DNA of 63,138 bases, counting the filler, from Vannella sp. (lineage: Eukaryota), in NCBI GenBank assembly GCA_023345925.1. It is 6 parts of 6 records of this genome, joined end to end, with 100 filler letters (N's around TTAATTAATTAA, not from the genome) between each part and the next. Parts side by side here need not be neighbours in the genome. Positions count along the whole stretch, not along the records: positions 1 to 19,297 come from JAJQQN010000578.1; 5 more parts are not named here. One strand, written 5' to 3'. Positions 1-11,727 of this stretch are shown here, one piece after another (positions within the stretch are counted from its first letter, which is position 1; every line of letters starts with the position of its first letter). The notes beneath the pieces were generated by a model that was not told where the DNA came from, made no database searches, and was given only the letters and a program-made list of their open reading frames with translations. Position numbers and translations under genes: made by a program.

Positions 1-205
1 TACGTGGTTGTGGTTTCCAGTTGCGGTCCATCGAACACAAGTGCAATAACCAGTTCAACCTTCAACCACTCCCTTCACCTTGGTAGACTGCCGTGCACGG
101 CGCAGCGCCCTGTTCCACATCGAACTGAACCATCCGACTCCGAAAATTTCCGTTAAAGAGGTCACTTTCTATCAGCAAGCTTCTTGGGGGGGGACTGAGA
201 GTGAT

Positions 206-3200
206 ATGTGAGCTGCCCTGGGACCCTCGTCGGGTGTGTATCTTACCAGAGTCTTCAGGACGGAGAAGGTGAAGCGGGGTACGGTGGTGGACAGTAGCGA
301 GGAGGATGATGACGAACTGGACCGATACGAAGCAGACGGATTTCTAGTGGATGAAGTAGAGGAGGACGAGGAAGAAGAAGACAGAGAAGTTGTGGTCCGT
401 AAGAAGCCCACTTCTCAGGGAAAGAAAAAGAAGAAACGATCACGCCGCAACCTCGACGTTGATGATTTCGAACTTATCAGCGAGAACTACTTGGGGATGG
501 ACTTTTCCCAAGATGTTGATGAAAGGCCAAACAAGCTGCGTCGTTTGAAGCGTACAGCGACAAGTGCGAGGTCTTCCCGCCGTGATGCGATTCCCGAGGC
601 TTCCCCACCGTACGACTACGACTCTGAATCTCCAGAAAGGGAGCCTATCTTCAAGAAGCGAAACCGGTATCCGGAATATGAGGAGCCCTCTCGTTCTCGT
701 GATGTTGCCGAAGACATCTTTGGTGATTTAGACGAATACGAGGATCAGCTTGGTTCAGATGATGAGGACGACGCAGAAGTTAGAACCGTGAAGAAAGGAT
801 CAAGTACCTTACTCTACGAGCCTGACGCCTTGAAGGAGGCCTTCATGACCGCAGAGGACGTGCAGATCAAAGAGCGTGATTGCCCTGAGCGCATGCAGGA
901 GTTCTATCCGGAGAACAGGAAGAGCCCCACAGAGCCTGAGATCCACGAGGAGGCTGAATGGATCTCTCGTCAATTGCCTGACAAGCGGGATCGAGCGGGG
1001 GATGCACTTTTGGTTGATTCCATCGCGAAAGTGCTTCGCTCTCTTCGTCTGGAGTTGAACGAAGTGCCTTACATTGCCACCTACCAGAAAAACCTTTACT
1101 CACATCACTTCCAAGGACACGAGCTGAACGAGATCTACGAATTGGACATTAAGTGGTCCCACTTCTTCTCTCGCCGCGAGAGCTTGCGGGAAACGATCGA
1201 AGAGGCTATTGACTTGTCTGAGAGCGACCCAGACTACTTTGGGCTCATCCGTGAAGCCAACTATGTGGAGGATCTGGACGACATCTTGGCGCAGTTCAGA
1301 TTGTCGCACGAAGACAACTCCCTAGACAAGCGAAAGCGCATGCCACGTAGGCGAGACTATTACCACGATTGTGCCTCTGCTGGTCTCCCTCCTCTGGCCA
1401 AAAGGATGGGACTTTTGGCGAAGCATCTGGGATACAACCTGCGAATGAACATCTCCGAGTATCTTGTGGAGGATCCGGACGAGTCTCCTTTGGATGTGGC
1501 GATGAGTTACACTTGTGATGGCTTTCCCACACCTGAAGATGTCCTCAAAGGGGCTCGTTACATGGCTGCGCATGAAATCGCACATGATTTTTACACCAAA
1601 CAGTACATCAGGCAACGGGTTTTAGAGTTCGGAGTTATCTCTACGGAGCCTACCACCTCGGGTGTCGCTGAGCTTGACGAACAAAATTACTTGTACCCTA
1701 TCAAGCGACTGGTGAACAAACCTCTCATGCAGGTTCAAAGGGAGGGCCAAATGGAGCCCATTTTTGCGGCTCTTGCGGACAATTTTATAACTGTGAGAAT
1801 CACTTTGCAAGAACGTCAAGCAGAAGATCTTTGTCAAGACATTGGAGGCATGTACCTTTCTACCAGACCCACAGAAATGGCATTGCAGTGGAATGAGCAA
1901 CGGAGGTCAATAATTCAGTCTGCCTTGTTCACGAAAGCATTTTTGGACATTGAACGGGACCTCTTGAAGCGTTTTGGCCAGGAAGTGCGGGAATCTGTGA
2001 CTCGCAAGGCCATCCGCTCCTTCAGAGACATCATTCAATGTGGTCCGCACAATGGCAAACCTCGCGGCGTAGTATCACTTGTGCAATGCGATAATTCACC
2101 CCGTGGACCAGTGATTGTGACCTCAGTTAGCCGTGAGGGAAAGTTGACCAGCAGCATTCGCCTCAACGATATGGCCAACCTCAGGTCGCGAGACCAGCCC
2201 AGAGACGAACTTTTAGCAAAGGCGATCAATCAATCCATTTTGATCAACTCAAAGAACCAGAACATGCAACAACTGCGCAATTTCATTATTGATGAGCATC
2301 CTTCGGTGATTGTCGTTGGAGCCAGCTCAATGCATGCTCGCTCGCTTCGTAGTGATATCGATTCTATCATTGAGGAGGTCCGGGTTGAATACCTTAGTGT
2401 CGCTTCTGTCATTTGGGGATCAATGGCCATTCCTCAAATGGTAGCTGCAACACCAGAGTATAAGAGAGAATTTCCCAACTCAACTTTGCTTCGCCGTTCA
2501 GGAGTGGCGCTAGCTCGAATGCTCCAAGACCCTTTGCCTCAAATTGCGGTACTATTTAACCGAAACATGGACGTGGCCAGTTTGCATCTTACTACCAACC
2601 AGCGCCTTGTTCCTCGCTCACTATTAGTGAAAAGCCTTAGACGTGTCTTTGTTGAGCAAGTCAATTCTGTTGGATTGGACATCAATCGCGCTCTTGATGC
2701 GCCTCACATGTGTGTGCTCTTGCCATTCATCTGTGGCCTTGGCCCCAGAAAGGCCGATGCATTGAAGCTCCAACTGGTACAAAACCAGCAACTCCCCGTC
2801 TTCTCAAGGAAAGACTTGTTTGAAGCGACAAGTGAGAATGTGGCGCGCAACATGATTGGATTCCTCCGCATCACTCCTGAGTACTGCGCTGAGACTGAGT
2901 TGGATACCTTATCCCATCTCGATTCCACTCGCATTCATCCTGATAACTATGATTACGCACGTGACATTATGGCGGTGATTGTCAGAGAGTTAGCTCCTGG
3001 GAGTGACGAAGATAGTATCGAGCAGGCGTTCGAGAATATCATCGATCGTGGTGAGATCGTTCGTACAGTGGAGCGTTTAGACTTCACGAGGGACCGTCTC
3101 CTCTCGCGGATTCCCCATTGGCTTACCAGAAGCATCACCAGTGAGCTGATAGACCCTTTCAAGGATCCAAGGGAGCGTTTCCAAGAGCTCACTCCCGAGG

Positions 3201-4495
3201 AGTTGTTTACTGCATTAACTGGAGAGACGGACTTGACTCTGAGTGTCGGCCACTTGTTGGCTGGAACCGTTTTCCAGATAACAAAAGAAGAGGTTTTGGT
3301 CAGGCTTGAATGTGGGCTGCTTGGCAAGATTCACCGTGATTTCCTCAGTGACCAAACGGTGGGGCGCATTTCCGATCGAGTGGCTCCTCGACAAGCTATT
3401 CAATGCCGAGTGACGCTTATTGACAAGCACAACCTGGAAATCCAGCTTTCCAGTCGGACATCCGACCTGACTCGACCCTTTGCAGTCATTCAAGATCCTT
3501 ATTGGTACCCTGAGCCCGCTAAACCTCAGAGATCTGCATCAACAGGATCTATGACCCCTTCTGGCTCCCAAAAGAAGCGACCAGTCGCACAGAAGCGCAT
3601 GATTGAGCACGAGCTCTTCCGCAACATCACTTTCTTGGAGGCAGAAGAGGAACTAGAGAATGCCGCATCCGGAAAGTGCCTTTTCCGCCCCAGCAGCAAA
3701 GGAACTGATCATCTCACGCTCACGTACAAGTTCCATGACGAGTTTGTTCACGTGGACATTCTCGAAGAGGACAAGCCTTCACTCAACAAACTGCAATTGG
3801 GTCGTAAACTAACCATCAGGGGTGAAGTCTATGACGACCTGAGTCACATTGAGGCACATTACTTGGATCCCATCCTTGCATCCAGCTTGAACATGTGCAA
3901 GTATCCTCATTTTAGCTCGGAAAGGGAGCAAGTAATCCTGGATGATTTGCAAGCAATGAAACAGAAACAGCCTCAAACCATTCCGTATAAGATTGGTGTC
4001 AGCCACAAGTACCCAGGACGATATGTTCTTTACTATCTCCCCCACAAAAGGGTAGAGAAGGAGCTCATCTCTTGCACTCCTTTGGGCTTCAAGTTCAGAG
4101 ACATCCCCTTTAGCACCATTCGCTCCCTGGTGGATTGGTTCAAGAAGAATTACAAGTCCAAGCCTCGCTCATCTGCATCTGCTCGCCAGTCTCACTCCCC
4201 GTATGTCTCTCAGACTTCCACTCCTGTTACAACTCGTCCAGTCTCTCGCGATCCTTATGCGCCAGTGCCTCCTATTTACGGACCTGGACGAGGCCCTGCC
4301 TACAGCACTCCATCTTCAGCTGGTCCAACACCATACCCAGACAGTTACCCCATGGCTCCGCTCTCTGTCATGGGCGAGTCGTACACGACACCAGAGAGCG
4401 GTGGTTGGTCGCGACAGGAAACTGGTGGAAGCTCTTACACCCCTTCAAACCGAGGCGAACACTCCCCTTGGACTTCTGGCTGGGGTAAGAACTAA
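206..4495 (+). CDS. SPT6: Transcription elongation factor / histone chaperone Spt6
   Basis: Acidic N-terminus, 'IKERDCPERMQ', YqgF-like core, HhH 'CGLGPRKA', 'LDSTRIHPDNY', S1 domain and tandem SH2 'FRPSSKGTDHLTLTYK'. Likely start is AT(206-207)+G(259), split by intron 208-258. Confidence 0.96.
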
Positions 4496-4533
4496 TGCAA
4501 AACGGAATATATATCTTCGATACATTGGATCCT

Positions 4534-7337
4534 CTACTCTGTCGGTGGGGGTCGAGCAGGCCTTGGCGGTACTCTCGCAGGAATTGCTTTTGAATCTCTC
4601 CGGATCACCGCTGTGACCACAGGTGATGGCTTGCGAGGAAAGTTGGGGTCGCTTAGTTTGAGGTCTCCCAAAGATGCGGCCTTTTCGGCTGCCGGAGGGG
4701 GATGAGCCGGTCTGGCTACTACCCTTGGGCGTTGATTTCGGATAGGTAATGTGGGGGAGTTAGGTGCTCGTTCCACCGTTGATGGCAACCTTCCTGTGTC
4801 CCGTAGTTTGTAGTTATCTGGAACACGGGGAAGCACAGGAATCATTTGCATTTGGTTGGCACCCGCAACCGGTTGTTTCCTTTGGAAGACCGGTTTTGTG
4901 TTCACCAAAGAGTCTTTTTCGTTCTTCCTGTCCGTAGTGCTCTCTTGAGATGGTTCCGGTCTTTCTTTTAGACCAGGAGAGGAGGCAGTTCGCACTTGCT
5001 TCATGCCGGAAAACAAGGACGTCTTCTTTGCTGATTGTTTTGCTTCAATCTTAGATGTGGATTGGCCTTTGATAGATGCTGCTTCAGCGTAGTTATCTGA
5101 CGGCTGAAGGAAGATAAAAAGTTCGCTGCTTTGGCAGATGGCTGGTTTCGTTAAAATGTCCTCCAGGAAGGTCTCCAACATCACTTGGCGAGACTCCACA
5201 ATGTCTTTCTTTAGGTTTCCCATGATGTGCTTCTTCGGCAGCTGCATCAAATTACACTGAGGGAACTTCTTTCTTAACGTTCTCCAGATGGCATCAAATT
5301 CTCGATAGCGGCGGTAAACAACGTACGGCTCCTCTCGGCCCTCTGAAGTGACTTGAATGCTATAGCACTGTATCATAGTGTAAGCTTGGTCACATTCAAC
5401 GTGTTATCCGACAAGAAGGACGCACCGTGAAGCCCTTCCCATTCTGATCGTAAAGTGTTTTTGTGCCAGTTATAGTCGCAGACACTTTCAGTCCATCACC
5501 ATCTTCACCAGAAGCGACAATCTGCTGCCCAATTTTCGCAATCATCTCTGATTGAAGTCTCCCAAAGGTTTCGATCCATTCTCGCTTGTACTCTGAAGTA
5601 TGCGCACTCAATGTGAGCGTCTTCTCCGATGAAATCAAATTGAATGCATTCTGGACCACTGAACGAACGGTTAGATTCTCACAGAAACCCAGACCTTGGG
5701 GCTCAGCCAACCTCCCATATCAGGTATTTCCTTCACTCTTGTGCCGGCCCCAAGAGGAATCAGAGCCTTGTATCGATATGCGCTGGTGCTTTGCTTCTTG
5801 GTGTATAGAACGGAATCGTTAAACACAAAAAGATGGATCGTTTCGAACTCTTTTCCTTTGCTGTCCAAAGAACATAATTTGAACGTTCCTTCACTCACGT
5901 AGAAGCGTCCAGGACACACCAAATCCTATACTAGTTACTTAGAGACTTGTTGGACGGACGGAGGAGCCGTTCTTACGGGCAGATTGTCGCCAATCAGCTT
6001 TTGTTGGATTGTCACAACTTCGTTTAGGGCCTGGGACTCTCGGATCTTCTGATTGACAGTATTGAGCTGAGCAGATACGTCACTCACAGCTTTTTTGAGG
6101 GAAGAGAAGTCCGGATGCTCATCTGGCGTGCGAGAAATCAGCTCTTTGAGGAGGAGTGTGTACCGGGGACCCCGCTGGATGGGTGTGATAAGGAGTGAAC
6201 CTAATCCCTGAGCTCCTACACCCGAGTGAAGCTCTCCTTCCTGACCAAGAGAGCCCCAGACGGTCAGGATCATCGCATTGGACACCCATTCGACACTCAC
6301 AGCCAGAAAGTTGTTGAAAGCAGGGTTCAGGCGCCGCAACCGCTCCACAGCAGATGAAGACTGTTCGTAGTTGTTACAGTATTGTGTGTAGAGCGACAAG
6401 AAAGGGGCCAACTCTATGAAAACGTCCCCAACTTGCTGAGTGTACGACCAATTCTCTCCGATTCGCTCTCGTAGCCTTCCCAGAAGCTTCTGATTGAACT
6501 CGTAGATGGTCTGAATGTTAGAGAAGATCAGATTGAGCTCGTCTATGGTCAGAATGGGGTCCTTCTTAGTGGCTTCCGCCATGTCAGCCTTCCACTTGAG
6601 CTGAGCATAGTACACCTCAATGAGCGTGTGTAAGCCCTTTACATAGTGCTCTTCTGTCTCGAGGATCTCCTTGGCAACGTTGTCACGGTACTTCCTGCTC
6701 TTACTAAGTTTTGTCGACTTGAGTGTTGCTAACCTCCGCCGCACGGCGCATTGGCAAAGGAGGATGCTTGGGTAGGCACTAACATCTATAAGAGATGACA
6801 GAGAATGGAAAGAAGCGCTTGAACCAACCTGGGATCGAACGTGGCAACGTCAAATTGCTTTCGGGGTGTCTCTGGCTCCTCCACCATCTCCTCGCTGCTT
6901 CTCTCACCGTCTTCGACAGCTTCCCACTCATCACTTGCTAGATAGTTCAACAGGTCTCTCGTTTGGTCGGCATTCCCGCCCACAATGTCTTCCCAACAGT
7001 AAGAACGGGCTCTTTGAGAGGAAGGGATGCTCGGTTTACCGTCTGCTGTAATGGAGAGCTCTAGTCCTTCGAAGAGGTTCAAGATCGCCATCAAAGCAAT
7101 CGTTACGTTCTTGTGGCACTCATCCTTGGTGCGAGGAGCCGCAATTGTCGGGTACGGCAGCCCGCTCAAAGCCTGTGCGAGCTGCAGCAGCTTCACTCCG
7201 TCCTTAAAGTCGCTCTCAATCTTCCAGCGAGTCGCTCCCGGCACATACTTCGAGAGCCACTTGAGCAACTCCTACACCCAATCAACAAAAGCTCTCCCAA
7301 ACCAGCCCTCTCCCACCTCATCCGACTTGTCCGCCAT
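4534..7337 (-). CDS. Multi-exon RhoGEF: CH-like, IQ-like, DH, PH, PX domains and Pro-rich tail
   Basis: DH 'RDNVAKEILETEEHYVKGL...LLITPIQRGPRYTLLLKEL'; PH 'HLFVFNDSVLY...SAHTSEYKREWI'; PX 'YVVYRRYREF...LPKK...VESRQVMLETFL'; CH-like 'DFKDGVKLLQLA...DIVGGN'. ORFs are joined by GT-AG introns; ATG 7337, first intron 7316-7272. Confidence 0.85.
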
Positions 7338-7673
7338 CCCAACAAAGAATGATCCAAAACCCTTCAAACAGCTTCTCTCTCATAACTCGCGAGTTTGCGA
7401 ACCCTATCAGCCCCACATTCGGCCCAAAATGGGTCGGAAGTGCTTCTTCACGGAAAGAAGAAGTCCGGATGGACGGACGGACGCGTTTCCGCTCAAACAG
7501 GTCCACTGTGGTTCTTCCCTCTACTAACTGCCTAGCGATGATAGGACTTAAGGATAGTAAAGGTGGGGGCGCTCTCAAAAAGGTTGACAATGGGAGAGAA
7601 TGAGAATTGGCGTTCTTTCAAGTGTTGGATTATCCTCTGTTCCGTCTCGTCCGCTGGGAAGGATTGGTCCAAC

Positions 7674-9677
7674 CTACGAGGAGTTTGCTTCACAACATAT
7701 CATCTGAATATGGACGCTCAGGTGGCCTCCCGCTCTCTTGTTGGCATGAATGCCAGTCGGCCTTAGGCGAAGTTGGCCTTTGAATGGGAGACGCATCGTA
7801 TCGAGTTCAAATTCAGCCATACCACTAGCAGTAAGTTGTAAGCTCATTAGGCTCTCAGGAAGCGGGAATCATGAAGACGTACATGGGAGATTTGCCTCTC
7901 AAAGAATGATTGAATACTTCGAATATCACTTTCTTGTTCTCTCTCCAAGTGGCATCCATTGGCCTTTGATCATCTTGTGAGTATTCAAACTACACTCTGG
8001 ATTCATGTTGGTTTTCCTTACCAGAGGAAGGTGCTCTTCCATTCAGGGTGGCTGGTTTTCTTTTGTGTTGTTGTTTGATGGAGAACATTCCCAAATTGAA
8101 CGACAACGAAAGGTGAGCAAGAAGTACTCATTGGAGAGAGGTTAATTCCACCCTCTATCGTTATAGAAAGGGATTCAGCTCTCATCTGGATGTCTGAGAA
8201 GAGTTCTTCAAGAGGCTTTTCTCCCAATGGCATGGAGAGGGGACGCAAACACCATTGATTGAACTTTGGGGTCGGGAATTGGGATGTACTCATGGTTAGG
8301 CAAGTGAGTAAGCCCACGAAACTGTGTTCATCACCTCTAAACTCCAAGAGTTCTCCCTCATCCACACGCAAATGGACTTTGAGAAAAAGTTCAGGCGGAT
8401 TCAGCAGATCAGGGGATCGCTTACCGTAAGTTTCTGAAGTGCCTTGCCACATTAACCAAATAGTTACTACATCAGGAGCAAGAAGATCTTCCAAGTTGAC
8501 CTCTAGCCGACTTGGTCGAATTAATATTTGAAAGTCCTCGTGGGCTTCAGTGGAGCTCACCCTCTTTGTTGCTGGCTACGAACAATTGTTCCTCGGAGGA
8601 GGAACCCAAATCGATCAAGCAGGGTGAAAGACAGCGTCAGCTAGAAACTATCAATGGAACTGGAAATAGCACATAAACTGAAGAGCTACAATTGACTTAC
8701 TCGAGAGAGAGGATCTTGGGTGGTCAGTTTCAGATTTTTGTTTGACAACTCTCCCAGTTTCTGGATGTTCTTAGAGAGAAGACCTTTCATGCAGACAACA
8801 CATTCACGGAGACTTGTTGCGAGGGCTGGTTCTCGCAAGGCCTGGAAGTCCCATTCACGATGTGATGATGCCCGAGTGCATCTAAAACACACTTGAGGAT
8901 CTACACTGGGTAGTAAAGACAACCTTACTTGGCCCAAATATAAGAGTTAGCAAAGCCAGTCTCGGATTTTGCAATATAAGTGCTGTAGATGGCCTCCGGA
9001 TGGAACAACTCTGGGTTTGGTTTGAATAAATCTTGCTCTGCTCTTTCACTACGTTGATCCTGATCCAAGCTGTCCCAAGCTGGCCACATAATATCACACT
9101 TTCGCCAGTTAATGTCGTCAATGAGGTCACTTGGAAGAACTTCCAACAGGCCAGAGGCTGCGTAGCTATTTGAATTGCCTTGATATGAGTTATTGGGCAG
9201 TATCAAGCCAATAAAGATGCAGTCAACACTCTCTGGAATGAAGTCCCAGTCCACCATGGCCAGGTTTGTCCAGAGTCTGCCGGCATAGTTGTCTCCATAG
9301 ATATGAATGGCTTCATCAAAGGCAGAGCCACTACTTCCCCAGATGGGAGGAAGTGGCTTGCAGCCAGCAAATGGTTGGAGGAAGAGTTGGGGGAAGCTGT
9401 CAAGAGAAAGTGGAGAGTTCCTCTTCCGGTGTTGCCGCGGATGGGCAGAGAAACGAATAGCCGAGAGAGGAGGAAGAACGACAGGGAGACCAAGTTGCAA
9501 GGAGGACTTTTGAGAGGGCAACACGCCATCCGCACCTCCGCTCACTCCAGGAAGCACTCGAGATTGGAGAAGCTCCTGTCTTTCAGCATCCCACGACACC
9601 TTGTCACGCTCTGCCACAACAGGATTGATAGAAGGTCCCGACGTGGAGATCCTCCTCACCAGTTCTCGCAGGCTCAT
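7674..9677 (-). CDS. Multi-exon protein with C-terminal C2 domain
   Basis: C2 pattern 'LSITIEGGINLSPM...SPFVVVQFGNVLHQTTTQKKTSHPEW'. After splicing it continues 'KVIFEVFNHS..SPIGMAEFEL...GHLSVHIQM' to TAG at 7674-7676. Confidence 0.65.
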
Positions 9678-10762
9678 CGTCCGTCACCCGCTCCGTCCCA
9701 ACAAAAAGTGATTTCAGCGAAAGGGAATGATTTGCCCTCTTCCCCCATCAAACGGCCTCTCTTTTTCATCGCATCTCTTTCAATGGAATCTCTCATTTCG
9801 CGTCAACTCGAATTTGGGTCATTTTGGGTGGGCGCGGTGAGGAAGGGAGCATCCTCATGGGGATGGGAGGGCGCACGGCGCCTAATTAGTTCCGCTTCTC
9901 AAGTAGATTGCGCGTTTGCTTCGGGTGGTCGGGATTATGCGGGCTGGACGTATCTTGGTCTGCCGTCTAGGATGGAGTTCAGTGTCTATACACCTTCCTT
10001 CCCGAAAGGAAGGGAGTTTATCAGCGATGACCTCTACTATTCAATGCATAAGCAACAGGAGGCCTTTACTTGCCCAAAGTGAGGAGAAGGATGCCCTCTT
10101 GGCTTCAGAACCTGCGATGGTTCCTGTTCTCGGCTTTGTGGGACACAGTAGGTTGGGATGCAATGCCTTTAGGTCCTTATGTCTCTTTCCTATGTGATGT
10201 TTTCTGAAAAAATGCTAATTTACGCTAACCATCTTTGTTCTTCAAGACTTGTGATCAAATGCAACCACTTTCATAAGCTTTCATCTTGTGATTGGATGAA
10301 GTGCGCCTGTAGAAAGTTGATTCCTTGAATCAAGTCAACTCTGATTTGAAGGCGTGTCCACATGGAGATTCTCTTCTACAAAATCTCTGAAAGTGGCTAG
10401 ACTGTTCGAACAGCTTCAATTGAGATCGAAATATCAGTTTAGGAGAATCTTTTCAAAGCGTGCACTTTTATCGCTAACTTCATTCTTAGATAGCAAAGGC
10501 GTGTTTCAGAACTGATTGCACTTCTTATGCGGCAAAGGGTAGGAAGGGGACCCGCAGCACTTTTCCCCTTATCTCACGGATTATTGCCGTGAATCTGAGC
10601 TCGCATTCAACTTTAAGAGGTGCACCTGAGCTGACAAGATACCCACCATAATGAAACGATCCGAAACGAAGTGGCATGAACTCTCCCTATCCAATTATAG
10701 CAAACGACGATTCCAAAAGAAGACAAGTTTGTTCCTAAAGCGTCGTAGAGACAAAAGTCTGA

Positions 10763-10835
10763 CGCCCACCGAGGGGCTCGAACCCTCGCCCATACGGTTA
10801 AAAGCCGTACGCTCTACCAACTGAGCTAGACGGGC
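10763..10835 (-). tRNA. tRNA-Lys(UUU)
   Basis: Reverse complement GCCCGTCTAGCTCAGTTGGTAGAGCGTACGGCTTTTAACCGTATGGGCGAGGGTTCGAGCCCCTCGGTGGGCG folds as a 73-nt cloverleaf: anticodon stem TACGG/CCGTA with loop CTTTTAA, T-loop TTCGAGC. No intron, no encoded CCA. Confidence 0.96.
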
Positions 10836-11727
10836 TTACAAAAAATCGGTCTGGAGGGATCTGAAAACGGGAGCTTTCGGTTCTGATTGGAGGATGGACT
10901 GTTCACAGTTTTGGCAGCTTTGTCACAGAATGAATCGATATCACTCATTAATACAGAAGAGAAAGGATTGAGCTGTTGACTCTCAAGGATTGAGCTGTTT
11001 ACTCTCGCTTCAGATGGAATGGACCAGAACCTCTTGAGATCTGTGGAAATGGTCCCTGAAGGAAAAATCTTAATTTCATCATTTAGTCCTTTGATGCCAA
11101 CTGGGGTAGCACTGCCCCAGATGTGACTTAAACTCTCACTGCTTCCGCTTTGCTCTTGCCAACGTTATCAAAATTCACAGTTTGCAGTACCGTCAACGTG
11201 TTTCCGTTGGTTTATAATCGCTTTGCTCTTGCCAACGTTTGAAACGAGGTTTGGACTCTTTTGAACTACTTCCAGAGAAGGGGAGTTGAGGAAACCAATT
11301 GGATACTTTGTAAGTGGATAAAGAGAGCTCATTGATACCAGTAACCAATAACCATGCATATCACTTCTATTGCAGAATATTTATGTTGTACAGATGCAAA
11401 GAGCACTGCCAGAAGCCTTCTCGAGAATCATCCTAAACAGAGCACCAGGCGCCAAGCCCTCTTTCCAGTGCCAAACCGCTCTTTCTACTAAGGGGAACAA
11501 GGTTTGCTCCAATGCAGATCCAACACATTACGCTCTCCTGTGCGCTAGAGCCTCCAAAAAATGAAGAAAACCCCTCATTCTGTTTCTATTTGCGCTTTGT
11601 TATAACTCAAAACATATTTTAAAGAAGGTGATTGGTTGAAAAGGGTGGATTCACCCTTTTGGTGGCTAGAAGATACTTTCCGAAATATCTTCAGATGCAG
11701 GAGAAGCCACTTTCTCTGCCTCTGGAC

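Noticed and set aside
9303..10082. 259-aa + strand ORF
   Set aside because: Largely antisense to the C2 gene and its promoter, with no recognisable domain.
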